Of a DNA stretch of 64,000 nt, positions 28,832 through 38,358 are shown one piece after another. Made by a program: the position numbers and the translations under genes. Each line of letters begins with the position of its first letter. The stretch's first letter is position 1. Below the pieces are notes generated by a model. The model did no database searches, was not told where the DNA came from, and saw only the letters and a list, made by a program, of their open reading frames with translations. This DNA comes from Bdellovibrio sp. ZAP7 (GTDB taxonomy: Bacteria; Bdellovibrionota; FAC87; UBA2466). The DNA lies in contig CAMCTJ010000005.1 in NCBI GenBank assembly GCA_945878405.1, forward strand, positions 22,350 through 86,349, given 5' to 3'.

Positions 28832-30055
28832 ATGTCCCAAACCAATAAGAAGTCTGTCCTCGGCCTTGTCTTTTTTACTGTTTTTTTGGATCTCATCGGT
28901 TTTGGAATCCTTATCCCCATTCAACCCTTCTATGCACAAAAATTAGGGGCAAGCCCTGCTGTTATTACGATTTTGGGAGCTTCATTTTCTGCAATGCAAT
29001 TTTTATTTGGCTCTTTCTGGGGACGTCTCTCAGATCGAATCGGGCGACGGCCCATCATGTTGACCAGCATTGCGATCACTGCGCTGGGATATTTCATGTT
29101 TGGCATTTCTAATTCCCTCACGGTTCTTTTTCTAGCTCGAATGCTTTCTGGTTTGGGAAGTGCAAATATCGGAACGGCTCAAGCGATTATTGCCGATAGC
29201 ACAGATAAGGAAAATCGAGCTAAAGGGATGGGCCTGATTGGTGCTGCTTTTGGTTTGGGCTTTATCTTTGGGCCAGTTCTTGGCGGAATTTTTGTAAGAT
29301 TTGGTTTAGCAGCTCCTGCTTTTATTGCAGCAGCGCTTTCATCGATGAATTGGGTTTTTGCCTTTTTCAAACTTCCTGAAACTAGTCCCGTTAATCGTTC
29401 CGATGCTCCCAAAAATGAAATTTCCATTCGTCCTCAGCTTTCGTGGACCGCTCTAAAGCATGCGGCAAGGCATCCCCACGTTGGATATCTTTTCTTCACG
29501 TTTTTTATTTTTTCTGCTGCTTTCTCAATGATGGAAAACGTTTTGGGGCTTTTTATCCAGCACTACTGGGTCCCCATGGGAACTTTAGGAGCTGAAGTTG
29601 AAGGAACGCAATCAGCAAGTCTCACTGCCTATATGTTAATTGTAGTGGGCTGTACCGCAACTTTGGTGCAGGGCTATTTAATTGGAAAGCTCGCCAAGCG
29701 ATTTGGAGAAAATAAATTACTAGCGACGGGTCCTGTTTTAGTGGGAATTAGTTTTCTTTTGATTCCCTTTATTGGATGGTCGGGTGTGTATCCAGGAATG
29801 TTGGGAATCGCATTTGTGATGGCCTGTGGATCAGGAGTTACTTACCCCTCGCTCTCTAGTCTTATTTCCCGTTCAGTTGATCCCGATGAACAGGGCGGAG
29901 CACTTGGGTTAGGCCAATCCCTAGCTGCTTTAGGAAGGGTCTTGGGCCCTTCGGTATCAGGTCTTCTTTTTCAAATTTATCCCGGGCTTCCCTTTTGGAC
30001 TGGCTCCGTTCTTCTTTTGATTACCGGAATTCTTGCTTTTGTGTTTCTGCGGTAA
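28832..30055 (+). CDS. MFS transporter (drug:H+ antiporter-like, 12 TM)
   Basis: MFS motif A GRLSDRIGRRPIML. 407 aa. Confidence 0.8.
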   Translation: MSQTNKKSVLGLVFFTVFLDLIGFGILIPIQPFYAQKLGASPAVITILGASFSAMQFLFGSFWGRLSDRIGRRPIMLTSIAITALGYFMFGISNSLTVLFLARMLSGLGSANIGTAQAIIADSTDKENRAKGMGLIGAAFGLGFIFGPVLGGIFVRFGLAAPAFIAAALSSMNWVFAFFKLPETSPVNRSDAPKNEISIRPQLSWTALKHAARHPHVGYLFFTFFIFSAAFSMMENVLGLFIQHYWVPMGTLGAEVEGTQSASLTAYMLIVVGCTATLVQGYLIGKLAKRFGENKLLATGPVLVGISFLLIPFIGWSGVYPGMLGIAFVMACGSGVTYPSLSSLISRSVDPDEQGGALGLGQSLAALGRVLGPSVSGLLFQIYPGLPFWTGSVLLLITGILAFVFLR

Positions 30056-30128
30056 GCCAAAGAAATCTAACCTATTCCTAAAAGATCTCTGATAGTCCCT
30101 TATTAAAAATGGTCGACACTTTCTTTAA

Positions 30129-30920
30129 ATGTACTTGGCTGACTTTCATCTCCACTCCAATTTTAGCGATGGAAAACTCAGTATTCCCGCTTTAGTTGAT
30201 TATTATGGAAAAAGAGGCTTCGGAGCGATTGCCATTACCGATCACTTTTGCGAACAGACTTCACTGATTGGTAGAGCTTCCACTTATTTGGGTGTGACAC
30301 TTACCACCGCTACTTTTCCGATTTATCGAGAGCTCCTTAAGTCAGAGCAGGAGAGGGCCTGGGATCAGTACGGAATGTGTCTCATTCCAGGTGTTGAAAT
30401 AACTAAAAATTCAATTTTGAATCATCGATCAGCTCACTTTTTAGTTTTGGGAAATTTGGAGAACATCGATCCCAATCTAGATATTAGTGAATTATCCGAT
30501 CGGGTTCGACCTGAGGGGGCTTTGGTCATTGCAGCTCATCCCGTTTCGACTCAGAAAATTGAAAAGCAAACTTTTCACCTCTGGGATAGGCGGGAAGAAT
30601 TAGCCCCTAAGGTGGATGCCTGGGAAGTAGCGAGCGGGCCTTATTTATTCGATGAAGTCAGATATTCCGGTCTTCCCATGATTGCCAATAGCGATTTCCA
30701 TTCCGAGAAAAACATGACGTCTTGGAAAACGCTTCTTTCCTGTGAAAAGAAGCAAGAAGCTGTTCTTCAGGCCATAAAAAAACAACAACTTGATTTTCAA
30801 TTCTACCGTGAGGAAACAGTACGTGAGCCTTCTTATTCTACTCTCCCTTGGATTATGGGTCCTCAATTGGGCCATTATGGGATGGGGAACGTGGATAGCC
30901 TTCAAGCAATTTCAAAATAG
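30129..30920 (+). CDS. PHP-domain metal-dependent phosphoesterase
   Basis: DFHLHSNFSDG ... AITDH PHP signature histidines. Confidence 0.7.
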   Translation: MYLADFHLHSNFSDGKLSIPALVDYYGKRGFGAIAITDHFCEQTSLIGRASTYLGVTLTTATFPIYRELLKSEQERAWDQYGMCLIPGVEITKNSILNHRSAHFLVLGNLENIDPNLDISELSDRVRPEGALVIAAHPVSTQKIEKQTFHLWDRREELAPKVDAWEVASGPYLFDEVRYSGLPMIANSDFHSEKNMTSWKTLLSCEKKQEAVLQAIKKQQLDFQFYREETVREPSYSTLPWIMGPQLGHYGMGNVDSLQAISK

Positions 30921-31965
30921 GCGGGAAGAAGAACCATCGTCTCTTGCTCCAGTATCTATTCTGAAGCCCTTAAAAGGAGTTGATGAAGGCTTACTTGAAA
31001 ACCTGGAAAGTTTTTTTAAACTCAACTATCCCTCCTACGAAATTCTCTTCTCTGTGACTGAAAATACAGAGCCGGCCATTTCTGTAGTTCAAAAACTCCT
31101 TTCCAAATATCCCTCTGCCGATGCCAAGCTGGTTTGTGAACCACAGAACACAGGACCCAATCCAAAAATAAATAATTTAATGACCGCCTACGAACTTGCA
31201 AAGCACGATGTGATCTTGATCAGTGACTCAAATATTCGAGTCAAACCTAACTACCTTCTTAATTTAGTTCCAGATCTGCGAGATTCAGTGGGAATCATAA
31301 CGGCTGTTGTAGCAGGCGTGTCTGCTAAGGGACTGGGAGGGTGGCTGGAAGCTTCTTATTTAAACACTTTCTTCGCCAGATGGATGGTGCTGACGAAAAA
31401 ACTAGGATTTCCCAGCGTCATAGGAAAGTCGATGCTCTTCAGAAAAAGCATCTTGAAGAGACTCGGGGGCCTAAAAACGTTAGGGCACTATATCGCTGAG
31501 GACTACATGGCTGGACATGGCATCCAGAAATTAGATCTCACAGTTGAGTTGATGCGATCACCGATAGAGCAGTTCATTGGTCCCTATTCCTATCAAAACT
31601 TTTGGGCCCGGCATTTGAGGTGGGGAAGAATTAGAAAATCTATCGCTCCCCTTGCATTTTTGATTGAACCTTTATTTTTTTCCACTTTCTCTGGCGTTGC
31701 CGGAGCTATTTCCTTGAACGTGTTATTTGGGTTTTCTCCTCTTACGGTGTGGGGCCTCCACATGGCACTGTGGGGAATCTGTGATGGTTTGATTTATCAA
31801 TTGATGGATCGGTTTTCTTGGAAAGCCCTGGGGGCGTGGGTTGTCCGGGAGGGCCTAGCGCCGCTTCTTTGGATTTCCATTCTTTCTGGAAACACAGTTT
31901 CCTGGAGAGGAAGAGACTACCGACTACTGAAGGGTGGGTTGTTAGCTGAGGGAAGAACCACATGA
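30790..31965 (+). CDS. ceramide glucosyltransferase-like glycosyltransferase (GT21 / GT2 fold)
   Basis: N-terminal TM then VSILKPLKGVD. D1/D2/D3 (ISDSN) and Q/RxxRW (ARHLRWGR) motifs. Confidence 0.65.
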   Translation: MIFNSTVRKQYVSLLILLSLGLWVLNWAIMGWGTWIAFKQFQNRREEEPSSLAPVSILKPLKGVDEGLLENLESFFKLNYPSYEILFSVTENTEPAISVVQKLLSKYPSADAKLVCEPQNTGPNPKINNLMTAYELAKHDVILISDSNIRVKPNYLLNLVPDLRDSVGIITAVVAGVSAKGLGGWLEASYLNTFFARWMVLTKKLGFPSVIGKSMLFRKSILKRLGGLKTLGHYIAEDYMAGHGIQKLDLTVELMRSPIEQFIGPYSYQNFWARHLRWGRIRKSIAPLAFLIEPLFFSTFSGVAGAISLNVLFGFSPLTVWGLHMALWGICDGLIYQLMDRFSWKALGAWVVREGLAPLLWISILSGNTVSWRGRDYRLLKGGLLAEGRTT

Positions 31966-33296
31966 ATTTTCTTTGGGGGGCCGCTACCAGTAGTCACCAA
32001 ATCGAGGGATACAACACCGGTAATGATTGGTGGGCTTGGGAACAAACCGGAGCGATTGATCGAAAAGAAGTGAGTGGGCCTGCAACAGATCATCGAAATC
32101 GTTTTCGAGAAGATCTTGGACTTGCGAAAGAACTGGGCCTGAATTCTTATCGACTCTCTATCGAATGGTCTCGAATCGAGCCAGAAGAAGGGAGATGGGA
32201 TTCACAGGCTCTTGAATGGTATGCAGAAGTATTGGCTGAGTGTGAGAGATTATCTCTTTTACCGATGGTGACTCTTCATCACTTTACTTCGCCTCTCTGG
32301 TTTGCGGAGCAGGGAGATTTCACCTCTGAGCTTTCGTATCACAAGTTTGCCAATTACGTGCGAAAGATTGTTAAAACTTTAGGTAATCGGATTCCACTCT
32401 GGTGTACTTTTAATGAGCCCGTCATTATGTGCGTTGGTAAATATTTAGCAGGCTTTCAGCCCCCTGCTATTTACGATCCTTCCAATTGTTCCAAGATGTT
32501 TCGAGGAATTCTCAAATCTCACGTACGGGCTTACGATCTCATTCACTCTGAAATGCCTCATCGAAGAGGACCCTGGAGGCATCATCCCCTCATGGTCGGA
32601 TATGCCCATAATATGATGGATTTTGTTCCCGCTCGTCACTGGCATCCCATGGAGCGATTTCTAACATTCGTGGGTCGAAGCTTCTACAACCAGAGTTGGC
32701 TGGACGCCACTACCGGTAAACCACACAAATTTGGAATAACCGGTTTGGTTCCCACTGCTCCCGAAGTCAAAGAAGCTTTGGGGAGAGTCACCACTGATTT
32801 TATTGGAATCAATTATTATTCGAAAGCGATCATGCGGTGGAGAGCGAAGGGAGAACATTTCGAAACATCCCCGGGCTTTCCTTTTGGAGTGGGTTTCGGT
32901 GATCCGGGGCAGCCAGTTTCGGAAATGGGATGGGGATTTCATCCCGAGGGGCTTCGTCGAATGATTCGTTTTGCCCAAGCGTATGGCTTGCCTCTGTTCA
33001 TTACAGAAAACGGAATAGCAGATGGGCCCGATCGTTATCGAAGTGAGTATGTCCGAGACCACCTCCGAGTGGTTGCAGCTGAGATCGCCCAGGGAACTGA
33101 TATTCGCGGTTATTTTTACTGGTCGTTACTCGACAATTTTGAATGGGTTAAGGGGTTTCTTCCGCGCTTTGGTTTAATTGAAGTGAATTACGATACGTTT
33201 AAGCGAACGCCCCGCCCTTCTTTTTATGAGCTTCAGAAGATCATCTCCTTACACCAGCAGGGCCACTCCGCTCCGAGTGGTAAGTTGCTGAAATAA
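31962..33296 (+). CDS. GH1 beta-glucosidase
   Basis: FLWGAATSSHQIEGY. Acid/base TFNEP. Nucleophile ITENGIA. ATGA overlap with the GT21 gene. Confidence 0.85.
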   Translation: MNFLWGAATSSHQIEGYNTGNDWWAWEQTGAIDRKEVSGPATDHRNRFREDLGLAKELGLNSYRLSIEWSRIEPEEGRWDSQALEWYAEVLAECERLSLLPMVTLHHFTSPLWFAEQGDFTSELSYHKFANYVRKIVKTLGNRIPLWCTFNEPVIMCVGKYLAGFQPPAIYDPSNCSKMFRGILKSHVRAYDLIHSEMPHRRGPWRHHPLMVGYAHNMMDFVPARHWHPMERFLTFVGRSFYNQSWLDATTGKPHKFGITGLVPTAPEVKEALGRVTTDFIGINYYSKAIMRWRAKGEHFETSPGFPFGVGFGDPGQPVSEMGWGFHPEGLRRMIRFAQAYGLPLFITENGIADGPDRYRSEYVRDHLRVVAAEIAQGTDIRGYFYWSLLDNFEWVKGFLPRFGLIEVNYDTFKRTPRPSFYELQKIISLHQQGHSAPSGKLLK

Positions 33297-33403
33297 AAAG
33301 AAAAAAAATCGAGCTATCCCTAACCAAATCTTAACACACCAAATAGCGCCAAATTCGTAAATTCTGCCCAAAATGTAGGCCCAAAATCTAACTGGAGGTT
33401 TTT

Positions 33404-34417
33404 ATGAGAAAGTATCTTTGGCTCCTAAGTTTAGCGCTGTTTCCTGCCTTTTTCTGCCACGCAAATACCCTTATCAATGGGGCAGGAGCTACTTTTCCTT
33501 ATCCTCTTTATTCGCGTTGGTTCAGTGACTATCAAAAAATTTCTCCCTCTACTCAGATTAATTATCAATCCATTGGAAGCGGTGGAGGGATTCGCCAGTT
33601 TACAGACAAAACGATCGATTTTGGTGCTAGCGATAGCCCCATGACTGATGAACAGTTAAAAAAAGTAGGTGAGCCCGTCATTCATATTCCTACTGCCATT
33701 GGCTCTGTAGTTGTCAGTTACAATCTTCCTAAACAGAAAAAACTTAAACTCACTTCCGATTTAATAGCGGCTATCTTTTTGGGAGATTTAAAGAAGTGGG
33801 AAGATCCTCGATTAAAAAAGTTGAATCCCGATTTAACGGCTACCGGTGACATCGTGCTCATTCACCGATCGGACGGAAGTGGGACCACTGCGGTGTTCAC
33901 TGATTATTTGTCTAAAGTGAGTTCGCAATGGAAAGAAAAAGTAGGCACTGGTACTTCAGTGAAATTTCCAGTGGGACTCGGAGGTAAGGGAAATGAAGGG
34001 GTTGCAGGGTTAATCAAACAAACGCCTTTCAGTCTGGGATATATCGAGTTTGTCTATGCAAAAACGAACCAGCTTCCCATGGCAACTTTGCAAAATTCTA
34101 AAGGGGAATTTGTGGAGCCTTCTCTTGCTAGCTTAACTGCAGCTGCAAATGCCATGATGAGCTCAATGCCTCCGGATTATCGGCTCTCGATCACCAATTC
34201 TGCTGGAAAGGGTGCTTACCCGATTAGCTCATTCACTTACTTATTGATCCGCCAAGACATGTCTGCTTCAGAAAAGGGAACAGCTTTAGTTGGGTTTCTG
34301 AAATGGGCACTCACAGAAGGGCAAAAAACAGCAGCTGCTTTAGACTATGCTCCACTCCCTGTGGCTCTTGAGAAGAAACTGCAAAACACGGTTCAAACCA
34401 TTAAAGTTGCTCAGTGA
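33404..34417 (+). CDS. pstS: phosphate ABC transporter substrate-binding protein
   Basis: Signal peptide. GAGATFPYPLYSRWF and SDGSGTT motifs. Confidence 0.85.
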   Translation: MRKYLWLLSLALFPAFFCHANTLINGAGATFPYPLYSRWFSDYQKISPSTQINYQSIGSGGGIRQFTDKTIDFGASDSPMTDEQLKKVGEPVIHIPTAIGSVVVSYNLPKQKKLKLTSDLIAAIFLGDLKKWEDPRLKKLNPDLTATGDIVLIHRSDGSGTTAVFTDYLSKVSSQWKEKVGTGTSVKFPVGLGGKGNEGVAGLIKQTPFSLGYIEFVYAKTNQLPMATLQNSKGEFVEPSLASLTAAANAMMSSMPPDYRLSITNSAGKGAYPISSFTYLLIRQDMSASEKGTALVGFLKWALTEGQKTAAALDYAPLPVALEKKLQNTVQTIKVAQ

Positions 34418-35337
34418 TTAAGCCTCCTAAAAGAAAAGACGTTCGCCGGGCCGATCGGGTCTTTTTTGGGGTCATTCGATCTCTTTCGGCATTGATTGTT
34501 CTTGCGCTCGTATCGATGGGGCTTTTTCTTTTTGATGCTTCAGAGCTTGCAATAAAGAAAAATGGATTTGTTTCGTTTATCCTCAGTTCCGAATGGGATC
34601 CCGTTCAGGATGCTTACGGGGCTCTTCCCGTGATTTTTGGTACGGTTGTTTCTTCACTCTTAAGTCTGTTAATTGCTTTTCCTCTGAGTGTTGGAATTGC
34701 TCTTTTTCTAAATGAAATCGCACCAGCGAAACTAGCTCGCGTTACCGGTTTCTTAGTTGAAATGTTAGCTGCAATCCCTAGTGTGATTTACGGACTCTGG
34801 GGAATTTTTGTTCTTCTCCCCTGGCTCCGAGTTCATGTTCAACCCTTTCTCATTAGTAAACTTGGATTTTTACCCCTCTTTCAAGGACCAGCCTACGGAG
34901 TGGGGATGTTTTCGGCCGGTTTGATTTTGTCTCTGATGATTCTCCCCACTATTTCCTCTATCGCCAGAGAAGTCTTTGCAGCTATTCCCAGAATTCAACG
35001 AGAATCTGCTCTAGCTCTAGGAGCTACTCGTTGGGAAATGATTAAGCTTGCTGTATTAAAGAGCTCTAAAGGTGGCTTGTTTGGTGCGATGATGTTGGGG
35101 CTCGGTCGTGCGCTCGGAGAAACGATGGCTGTCACTATGGTGATCGGAAATAGAGCCCAAATTGTGAGTTCCTTGTTTGCTCCAGCGCAAACCATGGCAA
35201 GTGTCATTGCCAATGAATATGCAGAAGCGACAAGCGATATTCACTTGTCTTCTCTCGCTCTGGTTGGTCTTCTCTTGTTCTTAGTCACTTTCGTCACCAG
35301 CAGCATTGCTCGAATTTTGATCTGGAGAGTGAAGTGA
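34414..35337 (+). CDS. pstC: phosphate ABC transporter permease PstC
   Basis: 6 TM. EAA-like loop. Operon position. Confidence 0.8.
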   Translation: MIKPPKRKDVRRADRVFFGVIRSLSALIVLALVSMGLFLFDASELAIKKNGFVSFILSSEWDPVQDAYGALPVIFGTVVSSLLSLLIAFPLSVGIALFLNEIAPAKLARVTGFLVEMLAAIPSVIYGLWGIFVLLPWLRVHVQPFLISKLGFLPLFQGPAYGVGMFSAGLILSLMILPTISSIAREVFAAIPRIQRESALALGATRWEMIKLAVLKSSKGGLFGAMMLGLGRALGETMAVTMVIGNRAQIVSSLFAPAQTMASVIANEYAEATSDIHLSSLALVGLLLFLVTFVTSSIARILIWRVK

Positions 35338-36218
35338 CCACTCTTCGAAAACAAATTGGAGATTTTACTCGTCTTCGTTATAAGCGACGCAAAACACTGA
35401 GCCTTTGGATGACGTTCTTGCTGAGCTTAGCTGCGATTTCAGCTTGTGCTGCTCTCTTTGCGGTGTTTGGGTATGTCATTATTCAAGGGGTTCCCCACTT
35501 AACCCTTTCCTTTTTTACAGGTCTTCCCAAGCCCGTAGGAGAAGTGGGGGGAGGTATGTTGAATGCCCTCGTCGGAAGTGTGCTCATGGTCTTTTTGGCG
35601 AGTGTGGTTGGAATCCCTTGGGGAATAGCCACGGGAATGTACTTGTCGGAATATGGTCGAGGACGATTTGCATTTTGTGTTCGTTTTTGCTCTGACATGC
35701 TGTCTTCGGTTCCTTCGATTGTGATTGGTCTTTTCGTTTATGTCTTAATGGTTAAACCCATGCATCGTTTTTCTGGGTTGGCAGGTTCGCTAGCACTTGC
35801 ACTTATTATGGTTCCCATCGTTGCTCGAAACACGGAAGAACTTTTAAAATTAGTTCCTCAGCACATTCGAGAAGCAGGACTAGCTCTTGGAATTCCTCGA
35901 TGGAAAGTAACGCTGTGGATAGTATTGAGGGGAAGTTTAGGCGGAATTACGACGGGCGTGATGCTGGGAATTGCTCGAATTGCGGGAGAAACCGCACCGC
36001 TGCTCTTTACTGCTCTTAACAATCGATTTTTCTCAATTGCACCAGATCAACCAATGGCCTCTCTGCCGGTTCAAATCTACACGTATGCGATTGCTCCTTT
36101 CGAAGATTGGAATCGACAAGCCTGGTCGGGTGCTTTTGTTTTAATCCTCTTTGTGTTTATGTTAAATATTGTTACTCGGATAGTTTTAAGACCCGGGCGA
36201 GGAAGTGTAAGGGACTAA
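35334..36218 (+). CDS. pstA: phosphate ABC transporter permease PstA
   Basis: 6 TM permease. Overlapping start codons with pstC and pstB. Confidence 0.8.
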   Translation: MTTLRKQIGDFTRLRYKRRKTLSLWMTFLLSLAAISACAALFAVFGYVIIQGVPHLTLSFFTGLPKPVGEVGGGMLNALVGSVLMVFLASVVGIPWGIATGMYLSEYGRGRFAFCVRFCSDMLSSVPSIVIGLFVYVLMVKPMHRFSGLAGSLALALIMVPIVARNTEELLKLVPQHIREAGLALGIPRWKVTLWIVLRGSLGGITTGVMLGIARIAGETAPLLFTALNNRFFSIAPDQPMASLPVQIYTYAIAPFEDWNRQAWSGAFVLILFVFMLNIVTRIVLRPGRGSVRD

Positions 36219-36980
36219 ATGTCGGAAAGTATTTTAAAAGCAGAAAATCTAAACGCCTGGTTTGGGCCTGTCCAAGCCCTCAAGAATATTGATCTTGAGT
36301 TTTCACCCCATTCGGTAACGGCGCTGATTGGTCCGTCGGGCTGTGGAAAATCCACTTTTGTTCGGTGTCTCAATCGATTACATGAGGAAGTGCCTGGAGC
36401 TACGGCACAAGGAAAAGTAATTCTCCAGGGAAAGAACATCTACGATGTGGCGGTTGATCCGGTTCTTATTCGAAGAAAAATCGGAATGGTTTTTCAAAAG
36501 CCAAATCCTTTTCCCTCTTTGTCGATCATGGAAAATGTGGTGGCGGGTCTTAAATTAGCTGGAATACGTCGCAAAAGTATTTTAATGGAAGTAACAGAGC
36601 GAAGTCTCAAGCAAGCGGCTCTCTGGGATGAGGTGAAAGATAAATTAAATCAACCTGGGACGAGTTTATCGGGAGGACAGCAACAACGATTATGCATTGC
36701 CCGAGCCCTTGCCGTTGAGCCTCCCATTCTACTTATGGATGAACCCACCAGTGCGCTGGACCCTATTTCTACGGCTAAAATTGAAGAGCTCGTGGTGCAA
36801 TTGAAGAAGAACATGACCGTGATTATGGTCACCCATAACATGCAACAAGCTGCTAGAATTTCTGATAAAACAGCGTTTTTTCTTTTGGGAGACCTGGTAG
36901 AATTTGGGGAAACATCAAGCGTATTTACCGTCCCCAGAGAAAAACGAACGGAACAATACATCACTGGGAAATTTGGATAA
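36219..36980 (+). CDS. pstB: phosphate ABC transporter ATP-binding protein
   Basis: Walker [10 protein letters not shown]. Signature LSGGQQQR. Walker [13 protein letters not shown]. Confidence 0.9.
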   Translation: MSESILKAENLNAWFGPVQALKNIDLEFSPHSVTALIGPSGCGKSTFVRCLNRLHEEVPGATAQGKVILQGKNIYDVAVDPVLIRRKIGMVFQKPNPFPSLSIMENVVAGLKLAGIRRKSILMEVTERSLKQAALWDEVKDKLNQPGTSLSGGQQQRLCIARALAVEPPILLMDEPTSALDPISTAKIEELVVQLKKNMTVIMVTHNMQQAARISDKTAFFLLGDLVEFGETSSVFTVPREKRTEQYITGKFG

Positions 36981-37663
36981 TGCAGAGAAGCTTAGATACA
37001 GGTTTAGGAGAAGTTAAAGCACAGTTAATCCAGATGGCTGGTTATCTTGAGGAAGCCGTCAAGTATTCCACGCTTGCGTGGAAAAATCGTTCGAGAGAAA
37101 TGATTGATAAAGTCAATCAGATCGAATCCAAAGTAAACCAAGCTCACATGGATATCGATGCGGCTTGTTTTAAACTTCTTGCAACTCAACAACCTCTAGC
37201 GTCTGATTTGAGATTTCTTTTATCAGTTGTGAAAATTAATACAGATCTGGAGCGAATGGCAGACCAAGCAGTCAACATTGCTAACAACACCGAATTTTAT
37301 TTGAAACACACCCCCTATCCTGATCTGGCAGATCTCATCAAAATGTCGGAGATTGTGCGGGAGTTGGTAAAAGTCGCTATTGATTCATTTATTAATTCTG
37401 ATTCAGCTCTGGCAAAAAAGGTTGTAGACGAGGATGACCAGGTAGATCAATTAAAAGACAAAGTATTCCAAAACGCACTCGAAAGCATCAAGATGAAAAC
37501 GACAGATGCCGAGCAAGGATTGAATGTGATTCTCATTGCGAGAAATCTCGAGCGAATTGGAGATCACGCTACGAATATTGCGGAAGATGTAATTTTTAGT
37601 ATTTCTGGCAAAGACGTTCGCCATAGCCACTCGAGAGAAAAGGGGGGGCTCAATGAAAAATAA
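36980..37663 (+). CDS. phoU: phosphate signalling complex protein PhoU
   Basis: Two PhoU repeats ending ..ERMADQAVNIA and ..LERIGDHATNIAEDVIF. Confidence 0.85.
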   Translation: MQRSLDTGLGEVKAQLIQMAGYLEEAVKYSTLAWKNRSREMIDKVNQIESKVNQAHMDIDAACFKLLATQQPLASDLRFLLSVVKINTDLERMADQAVNIANNTEFYLKHTPYPDLADLIKMSEIVRELVKVAIDSFINSDSALAKKVVDEDDQVDQLKDKVFQNALESIKMKTTDAEQGLNVILIARNLERIGDHATNIAEDVIFSISGKDVRHSHSREKGGLNEK

Positions 37664-38348
37664 GGTCCTCATTGTAGAAGATGAACGAGACATCGCGGAT
37701 TTAATGGCCTTGCATTTAAAGAGAGATGGCATAGAGGTTGAAATTGCCGAGAATGGAGAACAAGCTTTTCAGAGTCTCGAAAATAAAAGTTTTGATCTTT
37801 TAATTCTTGATTGGATGCTCCCCGGTATTTCAGGTTTAGATATTTGTAAAAAAATTCGTCAGCCTGGCAGTAAATGTGAAATCACTCCGATTCTCCTAGT
37901 CACGGCGAGAGCGCAGACTTCCGATATTGTTTTGGGTCTGGAAATGGGTGCAGACGATTACATTACTAAGCCGTTTGACCTCTCTGTTTTTATTGCTCGG
38001 GTTCGGGCTCTTTTAAGAAGGTCTGTAAGAGGGGTTCAAACAGAAACTGAAAATCAGATTCAAATCGGCCATTTGGTCTTGGACACTGAAAGACACGAGG
38101 TCCGCTGTCACGCCGGTTTAGTAGATTTGACTCCCTCAGAATTCAAACTGCTCCACGCCATGATGAAAAACAGAGGAAGGGTTCTGACTCGTGAAAGATT
38201 AATTGAGTTGGTCCAAGGTGAAGGTGTTGCGGTGATTGATCGAGCCATTGATACCCATATTTTTGGCTTGAGAAAGAAATTGGGTGAGTGTGCTAACCTG
38301 GTAGAAACCATACGCGGAGTGGGCTATCGAGTGGCAGACACCCTATAG
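37653..38348 (+). CDS. phoB: OmpR-family response regulator PhoB
   Basis: Receiver domain (D..DLLILDWMLPG, KP). Winged-helix C-terminus GYR. Confidence 0.8.
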   Translation: MKNKVLIVEDERDIADLMALHLKRDGIEVEIAENGEQAFQSLENKSFDLLILDWMLPGISGLDICKKIRQPGSKCEITPILLVTARAQTSDIVLGLEMGADDYITKPFDLSVFIARVRALLRRSVRGVQTETENQIQIGHLVLDTERHEVRCHAGLVDLTPSEFKLLHAMMKNRGRVLTRERLIELVQGEGVAVIDRAIDTHIFGLRKKLGECANLVETIRGVGYRVADTL

Positions 38349-38358
38349 AATATAATTT

